Shown here: piece by piece, positions 46,523 through 62,600 of the stretch
Numbering within the stretch: position 1 is the first letter of the stretch
Layout of the letters: each line of letters begins with the position of its first letter
NCBI GenBank assembly: GCA_002269645.1
Contig: NIVC01001993.1
Location: 124,001-188,000, forward strand
Source: Macrostomum lignano
Taxonomy: Eukaryota
Direction of reading: 5' to 3'
DNA length: 64,000 nucleotides
Program-made: the position numbers and the translations under genes
The notes under the pieces: model-generated
The model's database searches: none
What the model saw: only the letters and a program-made list of their open reading frames with translations
Told to the model about the DNA's origin: nothing

Positions 46523-47732
46523 ACTGTGGGTCAGGAATAGACATCAGTGTGTCAGGAATAGAGACAGTTGTGGGTCAGAAATAGAGACAGTTATGGGTCA
46601 GAAATAGAGACAGTTGTGGGTCAGAAATAGAGACAGTTGTGGGTCAGGAATAGACAGTTGTGGGTCAGAAATAGAGACAGTTGTGGGTCAGGAATAGAGA
46701 CAGTTGTGGGTCAGGAATAGACAGTTGTGGGTCAGGAATAGAGACAGTTGTGGGTCAGAAATAGAGACAGTTGTTGGTCAGAAATAGAGACAGTTGTGGG
46801 TCAGAAATAGAGACAGTTGTGGGTCAGGAATAGAGACAGTTGTGGGTCAGAAATAGAGACAGTTGTTGGTCAGAAATAGAGACAGTTGTGGGTCAGAAAT
46901 AGAGACAGTTGTGGGTCAGGAATAGAGACAGTTGTGGGTCAGGAATAGAGACAGTTGTTGGTCAGAAATAGAGACAGTTGTGGGTCAGAAATAGAGACAG
47001 TTGTGGGTCAGGAATAGACATCAGTGTGTCAGGAATAGAGACAGTTGTGGGTCAGAAATAGAAACAGTTGTTGGTCAGAAATAGAGACATCTGTGGGTCA
47101 GGAATAGAGACAGTTGTGGGTCAGGAGTAGAAATCTTTGGGTCAGGAACGGAGACATCTGTGGGTCAGGAATAGACATCAGTGGGTCAGGAATAGAGACA
47201 CCACTAGGTCAGGAATGGACATCTCTGGGTCAGGAATAGAGACATCTGTGGGTCAGGAATAGACATCAGTGGGTCAGGAAGAGACACCACTAGGTCAGGA
47301 ATGGACATCTGTTGGTCAGGAACAGACATCTGTGGGTCAGGAATAGACATCTGTGGGTCAGGAATAGACATCTGTGGGTCAGGAATAGAAATCTGTGGGT
47401 CAGTAATAGACATCTGTGGGTCAGGAATAGAGACATCACTGGGTCAGGAATGGACATCTGTGGGTCAGGAATTGACATCTGTGGGTCAGGAAAAGAGACA
47501 GTTGTGAGTCAGGAATAGAGATAGTTGTGGGTCAGGAGTAGAGACATCTGTGGGTCAGGAATAGACATCAGTGGGTCAGGAATAGAGACACCACTAGGTC
47601 AGGAATGGACATCTCTGGGTCAGAAGTAGAAACATCTGTGGGTCAGGAATGGACACCTGTGGGTCAGGTATAGACATCTGTGGGTCAGGAATGGACATCA
47701 GTGGGTCAGGACTGGACATCTGTGGGTCAGGA
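46523..47732. repeat. 21-23-bp minisatellite (GACAGTTGTGGGTCAGAAATAGA / GACATCTGTGGGTCAGGAATA)
   Basis: Direct reading; the dominant unit shifts from the 23-mer to the 21-mer along the array. Confidence 0.95.
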
Positions 47733-47816
47733 AGGCACGTGACTTTTTTCGAGATTATCAAAACACAAGCCCATGCTCGGAGAGTCTCCTCAGTTCGCAG
47801 CAACTCAGCCATCATT

Positions 47817-51172
<3,356 letters not shown>

Positions 51173-52932
51173 TTGCTAATGTGCAGCAGGATTGAGTCCT
51201 TCAACCTCACTTCAATTCTTTTAATTCACTTCAACCTCAATTGAAGTGAATTAGTTGACGAAAAATCAATTCTGGTTATTATAAAGCGATGTAAAACTAA
51301 AGTTAAAAAATAAACTTTGGCAAGATTCGAAACTAAAAACGGCAAAGAATGCTAACTCTGCTTGATAGTCTTATGAATCACTTACACTTCAGTGAGAAAT
51401 AAAACGTTTTAAAATAATTTTCAAAAGTTTTTTTACATTGTAATTTTTAGATTTTCACCAGCACACAGTTACTTTGTTTTTATGTGTTCTATTTTAAACC
51501 CGGAAATTTAGTGTAAACTTTCTTGTTCTTGTGTTCGAATGTTTTGCCTTTTGCTTCCTTTTAATTTATAGTCAATAATTTTATAGTGATAACGATTTTC
51601 AAGAGCTTGAACCCTCATGTCATACCACAAATTCTGCTTTTACATTTCGTGCGAAAAGGTAATACGAGGTACATGTACGAGCGCTCGTAGATGTGGTACA
51701 ACCAGCAGAGGATATGGTTGATGGAAATATTTCTGGTTGTGCCAGATGCCTGTAGAATCACAATATACTAAATCTCTAAGATCTGACCGGTATTTCAGTC
51801 TACAGCCTGAATGCCTGAACCAATTTTATATCTAAACTGCTTGAAAATTAGAAATAAACGATGAACTTGTAGTCGTCAAGCTGGCTCTTGCAGCTGCTTT
51901 AGGCTTATGTAACTCAAAGTTGAAATCCTGTTTGCATAGCCAAGCATCTCTAACTTTTTCTGTAACATTCCTTCAATGCATTCCCTGTTCTACTTTCATG
52001 CCTATTTCGATTATTTATTTTGCATATTTGTTTGATGTTTCTCTTTAATACCTGTACGGCATGCAGCAGCTGACGCTATTCTGCATAGCATGCAGTTAGT
52101 ATAAGATCTGGTCCCGCCTTGCAGTGGATAGTAGAGAAACACAAACTGACAGACAGCCGGCAAGTTAACGCGCCAGCTTTCTACCGCTATTCGCCTGAAC
52201 AGATCCAACAGTCGCGCAGTCATCAGCGGCCTTACCGGCTACACGTAAATCCTTACCCGGTCTTCGCGGGTAGGCAGTTTGTTCTTCCCTGAAAAATGTG
52301 TTAAAAAATTCTCTCGACTCTTGTATCCCAGTTTCTAACTAGGATGACCGATCTTCGCTGCCATGCGGAACTGCAGCTCCCAAATCTGGAGTGTTTCCAC
52401 GCAAGCTTACGCTTCCAATGCACCCATGATCCGCGACCGCTGAATTATTGAGTGACGCAATCGATAAGAGCTAGTTGATGAAGCCAGAGTGGACATCCTC
52501 GGCCGGAGGGGAAAAGTGACGGAGAAAGTAGAGTCATTAGTCATCGGCTGCTGTTCCGCAGTTTCGAGTCGTTGGCCGTCAGTTCGCATTTTGTCACCAT
52601 ATATTAGGCAGATCGCTCGACTGCATGCTTTTACAAGCTCTACTAATAGGTGTTTAGCCGCGGGAGCAAAAAGTTACGCGGTTGCATCATTACCAGAGAG
52701 TCTGTTCCGTCCCTGTTATATCCAGCCTCACCTATAGTGACTCATGCTTCTCTGACCGCTGTTAATATTATTGTTAATATTAAGACAAGATGCATTGGAA
52801 TTGTTCCATGTTTTTGGTCCGATTAGCATTGTTTTTCGGACCTCTATAATAGTAAATAATCACCTTTAGTTGCACATTGAAGCGAAGTTGCAATTTTCAA
52901 ATCAATTGCGTCATCCTACTACAGTAATCCTT

Positions 52933-53249
52933 AAGCCGGGATTGCAGCCTAGTGGTTAGAGCGTCGGACTCACGACTGAAAAGTCGGGGGTTCGATTCTT
53001 GACCCACTCGGAACAATTTGTGTCCTTGATCAAGACACTTAACTCTGCATTGCTGCAGTTCACCCAGCTGTAAAATGGGTGCCAGCTTTAGCTGAGGTAA
53101 TTGAGGGTGTGTGGCGACCCCCCAGTCCCTGGACTGAACAGCCGTACGCAGCCTTCAGATGCGCCGCACAAATAGCTGCGGCTGAGCTGTCGGTTGCACA
53201 TCTGGCCATTAGGACAAGACAGGTGTAATAAATTATTACTTATTAATAA
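52933..53249 (+). mobile_element. tRNA-derived SINE, ~317 bp, with a 10-bp target-site duplication
   Basis: A-box-like CCTAGTGGTTAGAGCG, B-box GGTTCGATTC, body GTGTCCTTGATCAAGACACTT...CACCCAGCTGTAAAATGGGT, AT-rich tail. TSD AGTAATCCTT at 52923-52932 and 53250-53259. Confidence 0.88.
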
Positions 53250-53991
53250 AGTAATCCTTGGCTTTTATACCTAAACCCGGATTTAAGATCGTTTTAAGTT
53301 TATCCCAAGTTTTCCAAGTCATGCCTTGAAGCGCAACGCTCTGCTCCTAAAAATTTTGTAAACTCTTTTACCAACTTCTAAAATCAGGGCTCTAAAACTT
53401 CGTTTGATCTGCCGCGGTCATTTCTGTCCCGTCTGCCGCCTCCCATGGGGGAGAAGAGGAGTCTCCACTCAGTTTAAATGGCTCGGTCGCTCTCCTCTCG
53501 CTTTAGCCACGTCTACTTCAGCTGCCGTGGCCTGGCATTTTCTAATGCTCCATCAGATTGATCAGGAGGACTTGTTCTCCAGCTCAAAACCACTCGACGT
53601 CTTTGTATTTTCCTTCATTCCCTCTTTCCTCTCTAATCTCTGGCGGTAATCCCCCCGAGCGTCTGTCCTACTCTGTTCTCTCAACTGACTCATCGAGAAT
53701 TCGACGAAATTTGAACAGCTGTCGAAGAGAGCTCGCCATCTAGGGGTTCGAGTCTCGGCACCTCAGTTGGGATTGTCGGAGTTTGCTGATGCTAGCAAAG
53801 TGTCAAGGCCTCATCTGACATGCATAATTCAGGCATCATAGGCTCCCCTCCAACATCCAGTTTCTCGACTCTCGCCTCGCTTAATTCATCGATTAATCTG
53901 TCGCTACGGGGGTTGAAGGCAGCCTTTCAACAGCAAAGTTGACTCCCAGTTCAAATCTAACTTTTCACTTTTCCATCATTCTGGCGATCCT

Positions 53992-54341
53992 GTACTCGGC
54001 CATAGACAATAAAGCCAATCAAAGCCACTGACTGCCACAGAACTGCACTCGGCCATAGACAATAAAGCCAATCAAAGCCACTGACTGCAGCAGAACTGCA
54101 CTCGGCCATAGACAATAAAGCCAATCAAAGCCACTGACTGCCGCAGAACTGCACTCGGCCATAGACAATAAAGCCAATCAAAGCCACTGACTGCCACAGA
54201 ACTGCACTCGGCCATAGACAATAAAGCCAATCAAAGCCACTTACTGCAGCAGAACTGCACTCGGCCATAGACAATAAAGCCAATCAAAGCCACTGACTGC
54301 CGCAGAACTGCACTCGGCCATAGACAATAAAGCCAATCAAG
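53992..54341. repeat. 53-bp minisatellite (CATAGACAATAAAGCCAATCAAAGCCACTGACTGCCACAGAACTGCACTCGGC), ~6.5 units
   Basis: Direct reading. Confidence 0.95.
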
Positions 54342-55138
54342 CAGACAGCTCGCAATTCCAAGCTGCACCTCTACCACAGACTACAAGCCACAACAACTGT
54401 TTAAGGTTCTTCTCTCTGGTTTAAAAGACAATCAAGTAAAGAATGACACGTACTTAAAATTGCTTAAAGTCAAGTAACAGTAGCCATTTATTTTACTTTA
54501 GAGCAAGCTCTGTCCCCCACCCGATGTACTTGATTATTTCTTAACGCTTGACCAAGAGCCAGTGAAGTTCAGTGTTCAATCCTTGGCCTAGTGCCGATCG
54601 TATCAAGATTGTAAAAAGGAGCACGATATCTGGTAAGATGGTGCATGGGGCCGGCAGTGAATACTCGAATGGAATGCCAGACCTGCCATCCCCCCCCCCG
54701 ACCCTCAGCTGCAATATCGAATTTCTCTCCTAAAGCCTGTCGCGCCAGTTGCTATTCAGGTACGCGACCAGCTGAATAAAACTTCCCCATGCAGTTTCTT
54801 CCCTAGTTCGGAATCGATAACAGTCGGGTGGGGGGAGGGCAAAAAAGACATCATTGCTACATAGACAATGCGCTTTTCTTCCCAGCGCAAGTATCTTGTT
54901 AAGCTGATCTCGTAACCCAGGAGTTTATGGAAGCCACGAATAAGGTCGAATGGTTACTGAAAGATGAATAATATAAGAATAAGCCGGGGCTACTAACCAT
55001 CCGCACCCTAAACCTACAGACGATTCAGCAGGGTGGACAGATGCCAACCAATAGTAGGGCTGGACTGTGGGCCATGGGTCAGTGGAACTGGGGGGGACCC
55101 CTCTAAGTAGAAATATCCCCATAGTTGGCAAGGATAAC

Positions 55139-55139
<1 letters not shown>

Positions 55140-55170
<31 letters not shown>
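55140..55170. repeat. (GA)n microsatellite
   Basis: Direct reading. Confidence 0.9.
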
Positions 55171-55172
<2 letters not shown>

Positions 55173-55557
55173 TAGAGAAAGCGAAGGAAGAAGACTTTCC
55201 AACAACTGGCCTGAATAGCTCAGTCAGAATAACATTATTTCTTCCTCTTTAAACAGCAGTTGCCTGCCCAAGTTTGCCCAAGTTCGACTGAAATTCTTTG
55301 GACCGTAGACCGCAGTTCCCAGCTCCTGGTTCGGAGTTCCGGTTCCGGTGAGCTAATCGCAAGTCTTTATCATCTTATTCATCATATTTAAAGTATGCAT
55401 CCAGAAGGTCGCTACAAATCTACCCTATAACAATACCCTGTGATCAAGCTAAATATAGTTTTACCATAGACAAATCTCCGTCTAGAAAGAACAATTCAAG
55501 AATTTAAGCGTTTCATTTTAAGACACTGCCAATCAAAGTCAAACAATGTTTCTACTT

Positions 55558-55710
55558 TTGTCTATGGTCGAAACACCGTCTATTGTCTATGGCACAGATA
55601 GAGCATTGAGATTAATACACAGAGCAGTTGAATTCAAGTCTGATTTTCAAGTCTACTCGATGTCTTAAATTCAATGCCCTACCCCCGTACATGGTTTCGG
55701 CCATAGACAA
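55558..55710. mobile_element. MITE-like ~150-bp segment bounded by 17-bp inverted repeats TTGTCTATGG(T/C)CGAAAC
   Basis: 55558-55574 versus reverse complement of 55694-55710, with one mismatch. No clear TSD. Confidence 0.4.
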
Positions 55711-56224
55711 TCGTCGAGCCACATGGATTCATTTGCATATTAATTATTAATTTGCATTGAAAATTGGCCTCCAGTAAAGTATTCAAGATTCAACCGTACA
55801 AGCACTTAAAGTGCACTTAAATTACTATGCAAACTTGCTCATTTAAACTATTGATTGATTGATCTATATCAGTTAGCTTTCAATGTGGGGGGCGTTACTC
55901 ACCTATCTACCTGTCTATTATCTACCAATAGTTCTCAGATATGAAGTGGCTACTAACTCTGGCTTAACTTCTCGCTATGATGAGTCATATAATGGCCTGT
56001 CAGGAAGCGTGGCCACGACTGTCATGAGGGCTTCATGCGCCTAACTCATCACGGTTTTACATCTCTGCATTCTCTACAGGTACTGTGAAAAATGCTCAAT
56101 TAAATATTTAGCAACAGGCAAGCGGCGAGAGGTCCTATGGACGCTGGAAGGGGGTGGGCGTTGATTAAAAGCTAACAATAACAACAGTGCTTCATAATGT
56201 GTAAATGATAGTTTCATGTTTCGA

Positions 56225-57222
56225 GGTCATTGAGTTCTTAATTCACTCCAGCTCATTTGAGTTCACTCCAGATCATTGAGTTTACTCCGGTTCATTGAGT
56301 TCTTAATTCACTCCAGCTCATTTAAGTTCACTCCAGATCATTGAGTTTACTCCGGTTCATTGAGTTCTTAATTCACTCCAGCTCATTTGAGTTCACTCCA
56401 GATCATTGAGTTCAATCTAGTTCGTTTAGTTCACTCCAGCTCATTGAGGTCACTCCAGCTGATTTGAGTTCACTCCAGCTCATTGAGTTCACTCCAGCTG
56501 ATTTGAGTTCACTCCAGCTGATTTGAGTTCACTCCAGATCATTGAGTTCACTCCAGCTCATTTGAGTTCACTCCAGCTCATTGAGTTCACTCCAGCTCAT
56601 TTGAGTTCACTCCAGTTCATTGAGTTCACTCTAGTTCGTTTAGTTCACTCCAGCTCATTGAGGTCACTCCAACTGATTTGAGTTCACTCCAGCTCATTTG
56701 AGTTTACTCCAGCTTATTGAGTTCACTCCAGCTGATTTGAGTTCACTCCAGCTCATTGAGTTCACTCTGAACAGCTCATTGAGTTCACTCCAGCTCATTG
56801 AGTTCACTCTGAACAGCTCATTGAGTTCACTGCAGCTCATTGAGTTCACTCCAGCTCAATGAGTTCACTCCGGCCAGTTCATTAAGTTGACTCCAGCTCA
56901 TTGAGTTCACTCCGGCCAGTTCATTAAGTTGACTCCAGCTCAATGAGTTCACTCCAGCTCATTGAGTTCACTCTGAACAGCTCATTGAGTTCACTCCAGC
57001 TCATTGAGTTCACTCCAGCTCATTGAGTTCACTCCAGATCATTGAGTTCACTCCAGCTCATTGCGTTCACTCCAGCTCATTGAGTTCACTCCAGATCATT
57101 GAGTTCACTCTGAACAGCTCATTGAGTTCACTCCAGCTCATTGAGTTCACTCCAGCTCATTGAGTTCACTCCAGCTCATTGAGTTCACTCCATTTCGTTG
57201 AGTTCACTCCAGTTCGTTGAGT
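56225..57222. repeat. ~19-bp degenerate minisatellite (CATTGAGTTCACTCCAGCT)
   Basis: Direct reading. Confidence 0.93.
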
Positions 57223-58011
57223 GTTCAGTTCACTCAGCAACTGTCACACAGTCACAATGTTCATTAGCAACTCTGATAGACCTCAATAAGCAGTGCAAAA
57301 AGCTAAAAAGCTAAAAGACTGCTCAATCCAAATGCATTGAATTTGCGAAATTAACTCTCAGACAAATGAAGGAATGTTCAGTCCAATCTGAGCACAGACT
57401 CTGAGCATTGAATATGCGGACCGTCAGCAATGCCACCAGGGAGTGGCTTTGGCCAATTACCGCCAATTTCCTTTCAACAATTTCGATTTGGCGATGATTC
57501 GCGTTTTCCTGCCTCAACTAAAAACTGGAGAAGACGCCGGCAGCTGGGCACTGACTGAGATGAGGAGAATATCTTTTATTTTCATCCTCCTTTCCCCTAT
57601 CCCGCTCTCGCTCTTTTTAGACTGACTGGACTGGATCAGTGGGCGTGAGAATACACACAAATTTTAGCTGTGTTTTTTACATCTGCCGACAAGATTTCAG
57701 CCAGCTGATGGGGACAGCGATGGGGGAGGGGGGGAGAGTGGGATAGACAGGAATTGATGGCGCACGGGCTAGGCGTAGGCAGCAGGGATTTATTGCCTCA
57801 ACCATGCCAAACCTATCAATTTCTTCTTCATCCGGACATTAGAGCGCGAAAAAGTTTGAAAGAAAGTTGCTTGACAGACAAACAGCAGCAACCGGGGTAA
57901 AACTGCTTTTGCCAGAGTAGAATTGACTGACACATCGGTGTGAAACATGGCTGAGTTTATCAGGATGCCTGTTTACTGAGGATAGCACTGCGAATGAGTG
58001 TATTCTAACGA

Positions 58012-58666
58012 TTAACCAGCTAGATCTATAGATTATCCAGCTTGGTCTATAGATAATCCAGGTACATCTATAGACTATCCAGTTAAATCTATAGATTATC
58101 CAGCTAGATCTATAGATTATCCAACTAGATCTATAGATTATCCAGCAAGATCTATAGATTATCCAGCTAGGTCTATAGATTATTCAGCTAGGTCTATAGA
58201 TTATTCAGCTAGGTCTATAGATTATCCAGCTAGGTCTATAGATTATCCAGCTAGGTCTATAGATTATTCAGCTAGGTCTATAGATTATTCAGCTAGGTCT
58301 ATAGATTATCCAGCTAGATCTATAGATTATCCAGCTTGGTATATAGATTATCCATCTAGATCTATAGATTATCCAGCTTGGTATATAGATTATCCAGCTA
58401 GGTCTATAGATTATCCAGCTAGGTCTATAGATTATCCAGCTAGGTCTATAGATTATCCAGCTAGGTCTATAGATTATCCAGCTAGATCTATAGATTATCC
58501 AGATAGATCTATAGATTATCCAGCTTGGTATATAGATTATCCAGCTAGATCTATAGATTATCCAGCTAGGTCTATAGATTATCCAGCTAGGTCTATAGAT
58601 TATCCAGCTAGGTCTATAGATTATCCAGCTAGGTCTATAGATTATCCAGCTAGATGTATAGATTAT
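58012..58666. repeat. 21-bp minisatellite (TCTATAGATTATCCAGCTAG[G/A])
   Basis: Direct reading; contains the palindrome TCTATAGA. Confidence 0.96.
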
Positions 58667-59060
58667 TGGACGACTTCTCTCAAACCGAAGTGTAAAAGTG
58701 AGATAGACTGCCTATATGTATCAAAAAATATTTCCGTGAGAAAAAAATAATTTGAAAATGAAATAAAAAAACAAGACAAGTGAAGCGAAGTGAGACTCAG
58801 ATGTCTTAGTGGGTTGCAGCGATAATAAAAAATCTGCCGGATGGAACCGCTTAGCAATAAACCGTTTATTCTCATTCTCCCACTCACTTCTCTATCTTCC
58901 CAACCCGGCTAAAGCTCCATCTTCGCTCTGCTCGCGCGATCTCAATTCTTCCTCTGAGCTCCAACTCCAATCCCTTTTTCTTACCCCGCTCCCCGCTGCC
59001 CGACTATGACACTCGTCGATTCCCCACTGTATGGCCCATGTGGTCACGCCGCTGGGTCCA

Positions 59061-59092
<32 letters not shown>
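59061..59092. repeat. (CA)n microsatellite
   Basis: Direct reading. Confidence 0.9.
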
Positions 59093-59095
<3 letters not shown>

Positions 59096-59609
59096 ACGCA
59101 CCGGGCACTTGTTGGTACGGTATACAATGGTGGGCACTTATTTTGCAATTTTTTTTGACACACGAAAACACACACATACACACAGTGCAATGACCTATTA
59201 AGTATTTTTAGCATTTAAATGATGAAAAAAAGCATACATTGAAATAAAAAAGCACGTCCCATACTAATAGTATGATCTATTGAAAGTGAAGGAATAGCAT
59301 ATCATCGTGTAACTATATTGTCCTCAGTCCAGCGAATTCAGCATTACTTGAAATACAAAAGGCTTCGTTAAAGCCAATCCACATGAAGGAAAAACTAGTT
59401 ACAAGCAGTCTATTTACCTTTACCTTTACTAATACGCTATATTGCTGTACGCAATTTGCCTGACTAATATGAATAAAAAATTCAATTACACTTGCGCTTA
59501 GAAAAAAACCTAAAATTGACAGTGAAACTGAAAAACTGAAACGCAGAGATTAGTTAAGCAGATTAAACAACAAATTCCGGTCGAGTGAGAAAACAGGAGT
59601 CTCGTTATT

Positions 59610-62600
59610 TAGAGCACTCTGGCATTCAGCATTACGCTCGTAGTCTATTAGCTGCTCTCCTGAGTTCGAAGCTGACAGGTCTGTTGCAGTCGGAATCGGT
59701 TGAGTCGACTGCCAATTTAGTCAATGGGTTTCGTTTCTTCTTTTCACTGGAACCTGTGGTGGGATTAGCAAAAGATTGATTTCGCATATCTATTTAGTGA
59801 TTTCAAGGACGACAAAATCATTCTTCTCTGCATGTCAGCTCCAGAAGATGCTAGTTTTCTTGCAGCTTTCTGTAGGAGCATTCTACTTTAGTAAAGTGTA
59901 CCCATTCTAAAATAAGCTGTTTTTAATATGTCCCAACAAGTCTCTGTGCAGTGTGTCATCCGTTTGCCCATCAATTTGTTCTGGAGCCCTTTATTAATTG
60001 AGTTCTCTAGGTGACTTAACAAATGCGGAAAAAACTAGACACACACACAGTGGCCCAACACTTCGTGTCCCAATAATTGCTAGGAAAAATGCACTGCAGT
60101 GTTTAAGCATCTCCTCTGAGGGGCCCTTGCATGCATAGCTATAGAATCTGCTAAGACCCGATCTGAGAGTTAAAAGTACAAAAAGTTATAACGCTTCTAG
60201 ACACGAAAACGAATGCAGCCACAGCATGAACTAACCTTTCATTGAAGCTTCTGCTTAAGACTTTGATGCTGTGAAGCATTCTGGCATCTAGCATTACTCT
60301 CGTAGTCTATTAGCTGCTCTCCTGAGTTCGAAGCTGACAGGTCTGTTGCAGTCGGAATCGGTTGAGTCGACTGCCAATTTAGTCAATGGGTTTCGTTTCT
60401 TCTTTTCACTGGAACCTGTGGTGGGATTAGCAAAAGATTGATTTCGCATATCTATTTAGTGATTTCAAGGACGACAAAATCATTCTTCTCTGCATGTCAG
60501 CTCCAGAAGATGCTAGTTTTCTTGCAGCTTTCTGTAGGAGCATTCTACTTTAGTAAAGTGTACCCATTCTAAAATAAGCTGTTTTTAATATGTCCCAACA
60601 AGTCTCTGTGCAGTGTGTCATCCGTTTGCCCATCAATTTGTTCTGGAGCACTTTATTAATTGAGTTCTTTAGGTGACTTAACAAATGCGGAAAAAACTAG
60701 ACACACACACAGTGGCCCAACACTTCGTGTCCCAATAATTGCTAGGAAAAATGCACTGCAGTGTTTAAGCATCTCCTCTGAGGGGCCCTTGCATGCATAG
60801 CTATAGAATCTGCTAAGACCCGATCTGAGAGTTAAAAGTACAAAAAGTTATAACGCTTCTAGACACGAAAACGAATGCAGCCACAGCATGAACTAACCTT
60901 TCATTGAAGCTTCTGCTTAAGACTTTGATGCTGTGAAGCATTCTGGCATCTAGCATTACTCTCGTAGTCTATTAGCTGCTCTCCTGAGTTCGAAGCTGAC
61001 AGGTCTGTTGCAGTCGGAATCGGTTGAGTCGACTGCCAATTTAGTCAATGGGTTTCGTTTCTTCTTTTCACTGGAACCTGTGGTGGGATTAGCAAAAGAT
61101 TGATTTCGCATATCTATTTAGTGATTTCAAGGACGACAAAATCATTCTTCTCTGCATGTCAGCTCCAGAAGATGCTAGTTTTCTTGCAGCTTTCTGTAGG
61201 AGCATTCTACTTTAGTAAAGTGTACCCATTCTAAAATAATCTGTTTTTAATATGTCCCAACAAGTCTCTGTGCAGTGTGTCATCCGTTTGCCCATCAATT
61301 TGTTCTGGAGCACTTTATTAATTGAGTTCTTTAGGTGACTTAACAAATGCGGAAAAAACTAGACACACACACAGTGGCCCAACACTTCGTGTCCCAATAA
61401 TTGCTAGGAAAAATGCACTGCAGTGTTTAAGCATCTCCTCTGAGGGGCCCTTGCATGCATAGCTATAGAATCTGCTAAGACCCGATCTGAGAGTTAAAAG
61501 TACAAAAAGTTATAACGCTTCTAGACACGAAAACGAATGCAGCCACAGCATGAACTAACCTTTCATTGAAGCTTCTGCTTAAGACTTTGATGCTGTGAAG
61601 CATTCTGGCATCTAGCATTACTCTCGTAGACTATTAGCTGCTCTCCTGAGTTCGAAGCTGACAGGTCTGTTGCAGTCGGAATCGTTGAGTCGACTGCCAA
61701 TTTAGTCAATGGGTTTCGTTTCTTCTTTTCACTGGAACCTGTGGTGGGATTAGCAAAAGATCGATTTCGCATATCTATTTAGTGATTTCAAGGACGACAA
61801 AATCATTCTTCTCTGCATGTCAGCTCCAGAAGATGCTAGTTTTCTTGCAGCTTTCTGTAGGAGCATTCTACTTTAGTAAAGTGTACCCATTCTAAAATAA
61901 GCTGTTTTTAATATGTCCCAACAAGTCTCTGTGCAGTGTGTCATCCGTTTGCCCATCAATTTGTTCTGGAGCCCTTTATTAATTGAGTTCTTTAGGTGAC
62001 TTAACAAATGCGGAAAAAACTAGACACACACACAGTGGCCCAACACTTCGTGTCCCAATAATTGCTAGGAAAAATGCACTGCAGTGTTTAAGCATCTCCT
62101 CTGAGGGGCCCTTGCATGCATAGCTATAGAATCTGCTAAGACCCGATCTGAGAGTTAAAAGTACAAAAAGTTATAACGCTTCTAGACACGAAAACGAATG
62201 CAGCCACAGCATGAACTAACCTTTCATTGAAGCTTCTGCTTAAGACTTTGATGCTGTGAAGCATTCTGGCATCTAGCATTACTCTCGTAGTCTATTAGCT
62301 GCTCTCCTGAGTTCGAAGCTGACAGGTCTGTTGCAGTCGGAATCGGTTGAGTCGACTGCCAATTTAGTCAATGGGTTTCGTTTCTTCTTTTCACTGGAAC
62401 CTGTGGTGGGATTAGCAAAAGATTGATTTCGCATATCTATTTAGTGATTTCAAGGACGACAAAATCATTCTTCTCTGCATGTCAGCTCCAGAAGATGCTA
62501 GTTTTCTTGCAGCTTTCTGTAGGAGCATTCTACTTTAGTAAAGTGTACCCATTCTAAAATAAGCTGTTTTTAATATGTCCCAACAAGTCTCTGTGCAGTG

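Noticed and set aside
51173-52000. RFX X-box in the BBS5 proximal promoter
   Set aside because: I found no good match by eye; the best candidate (GTTTGCATAGCCAA) has three mismatches.
52935-53010. Functional tRNA-Val(CAC) gene
   Set aside because: The acceptor and T stems pair poorly, and it continues into a SINE body flanked by a TSD.
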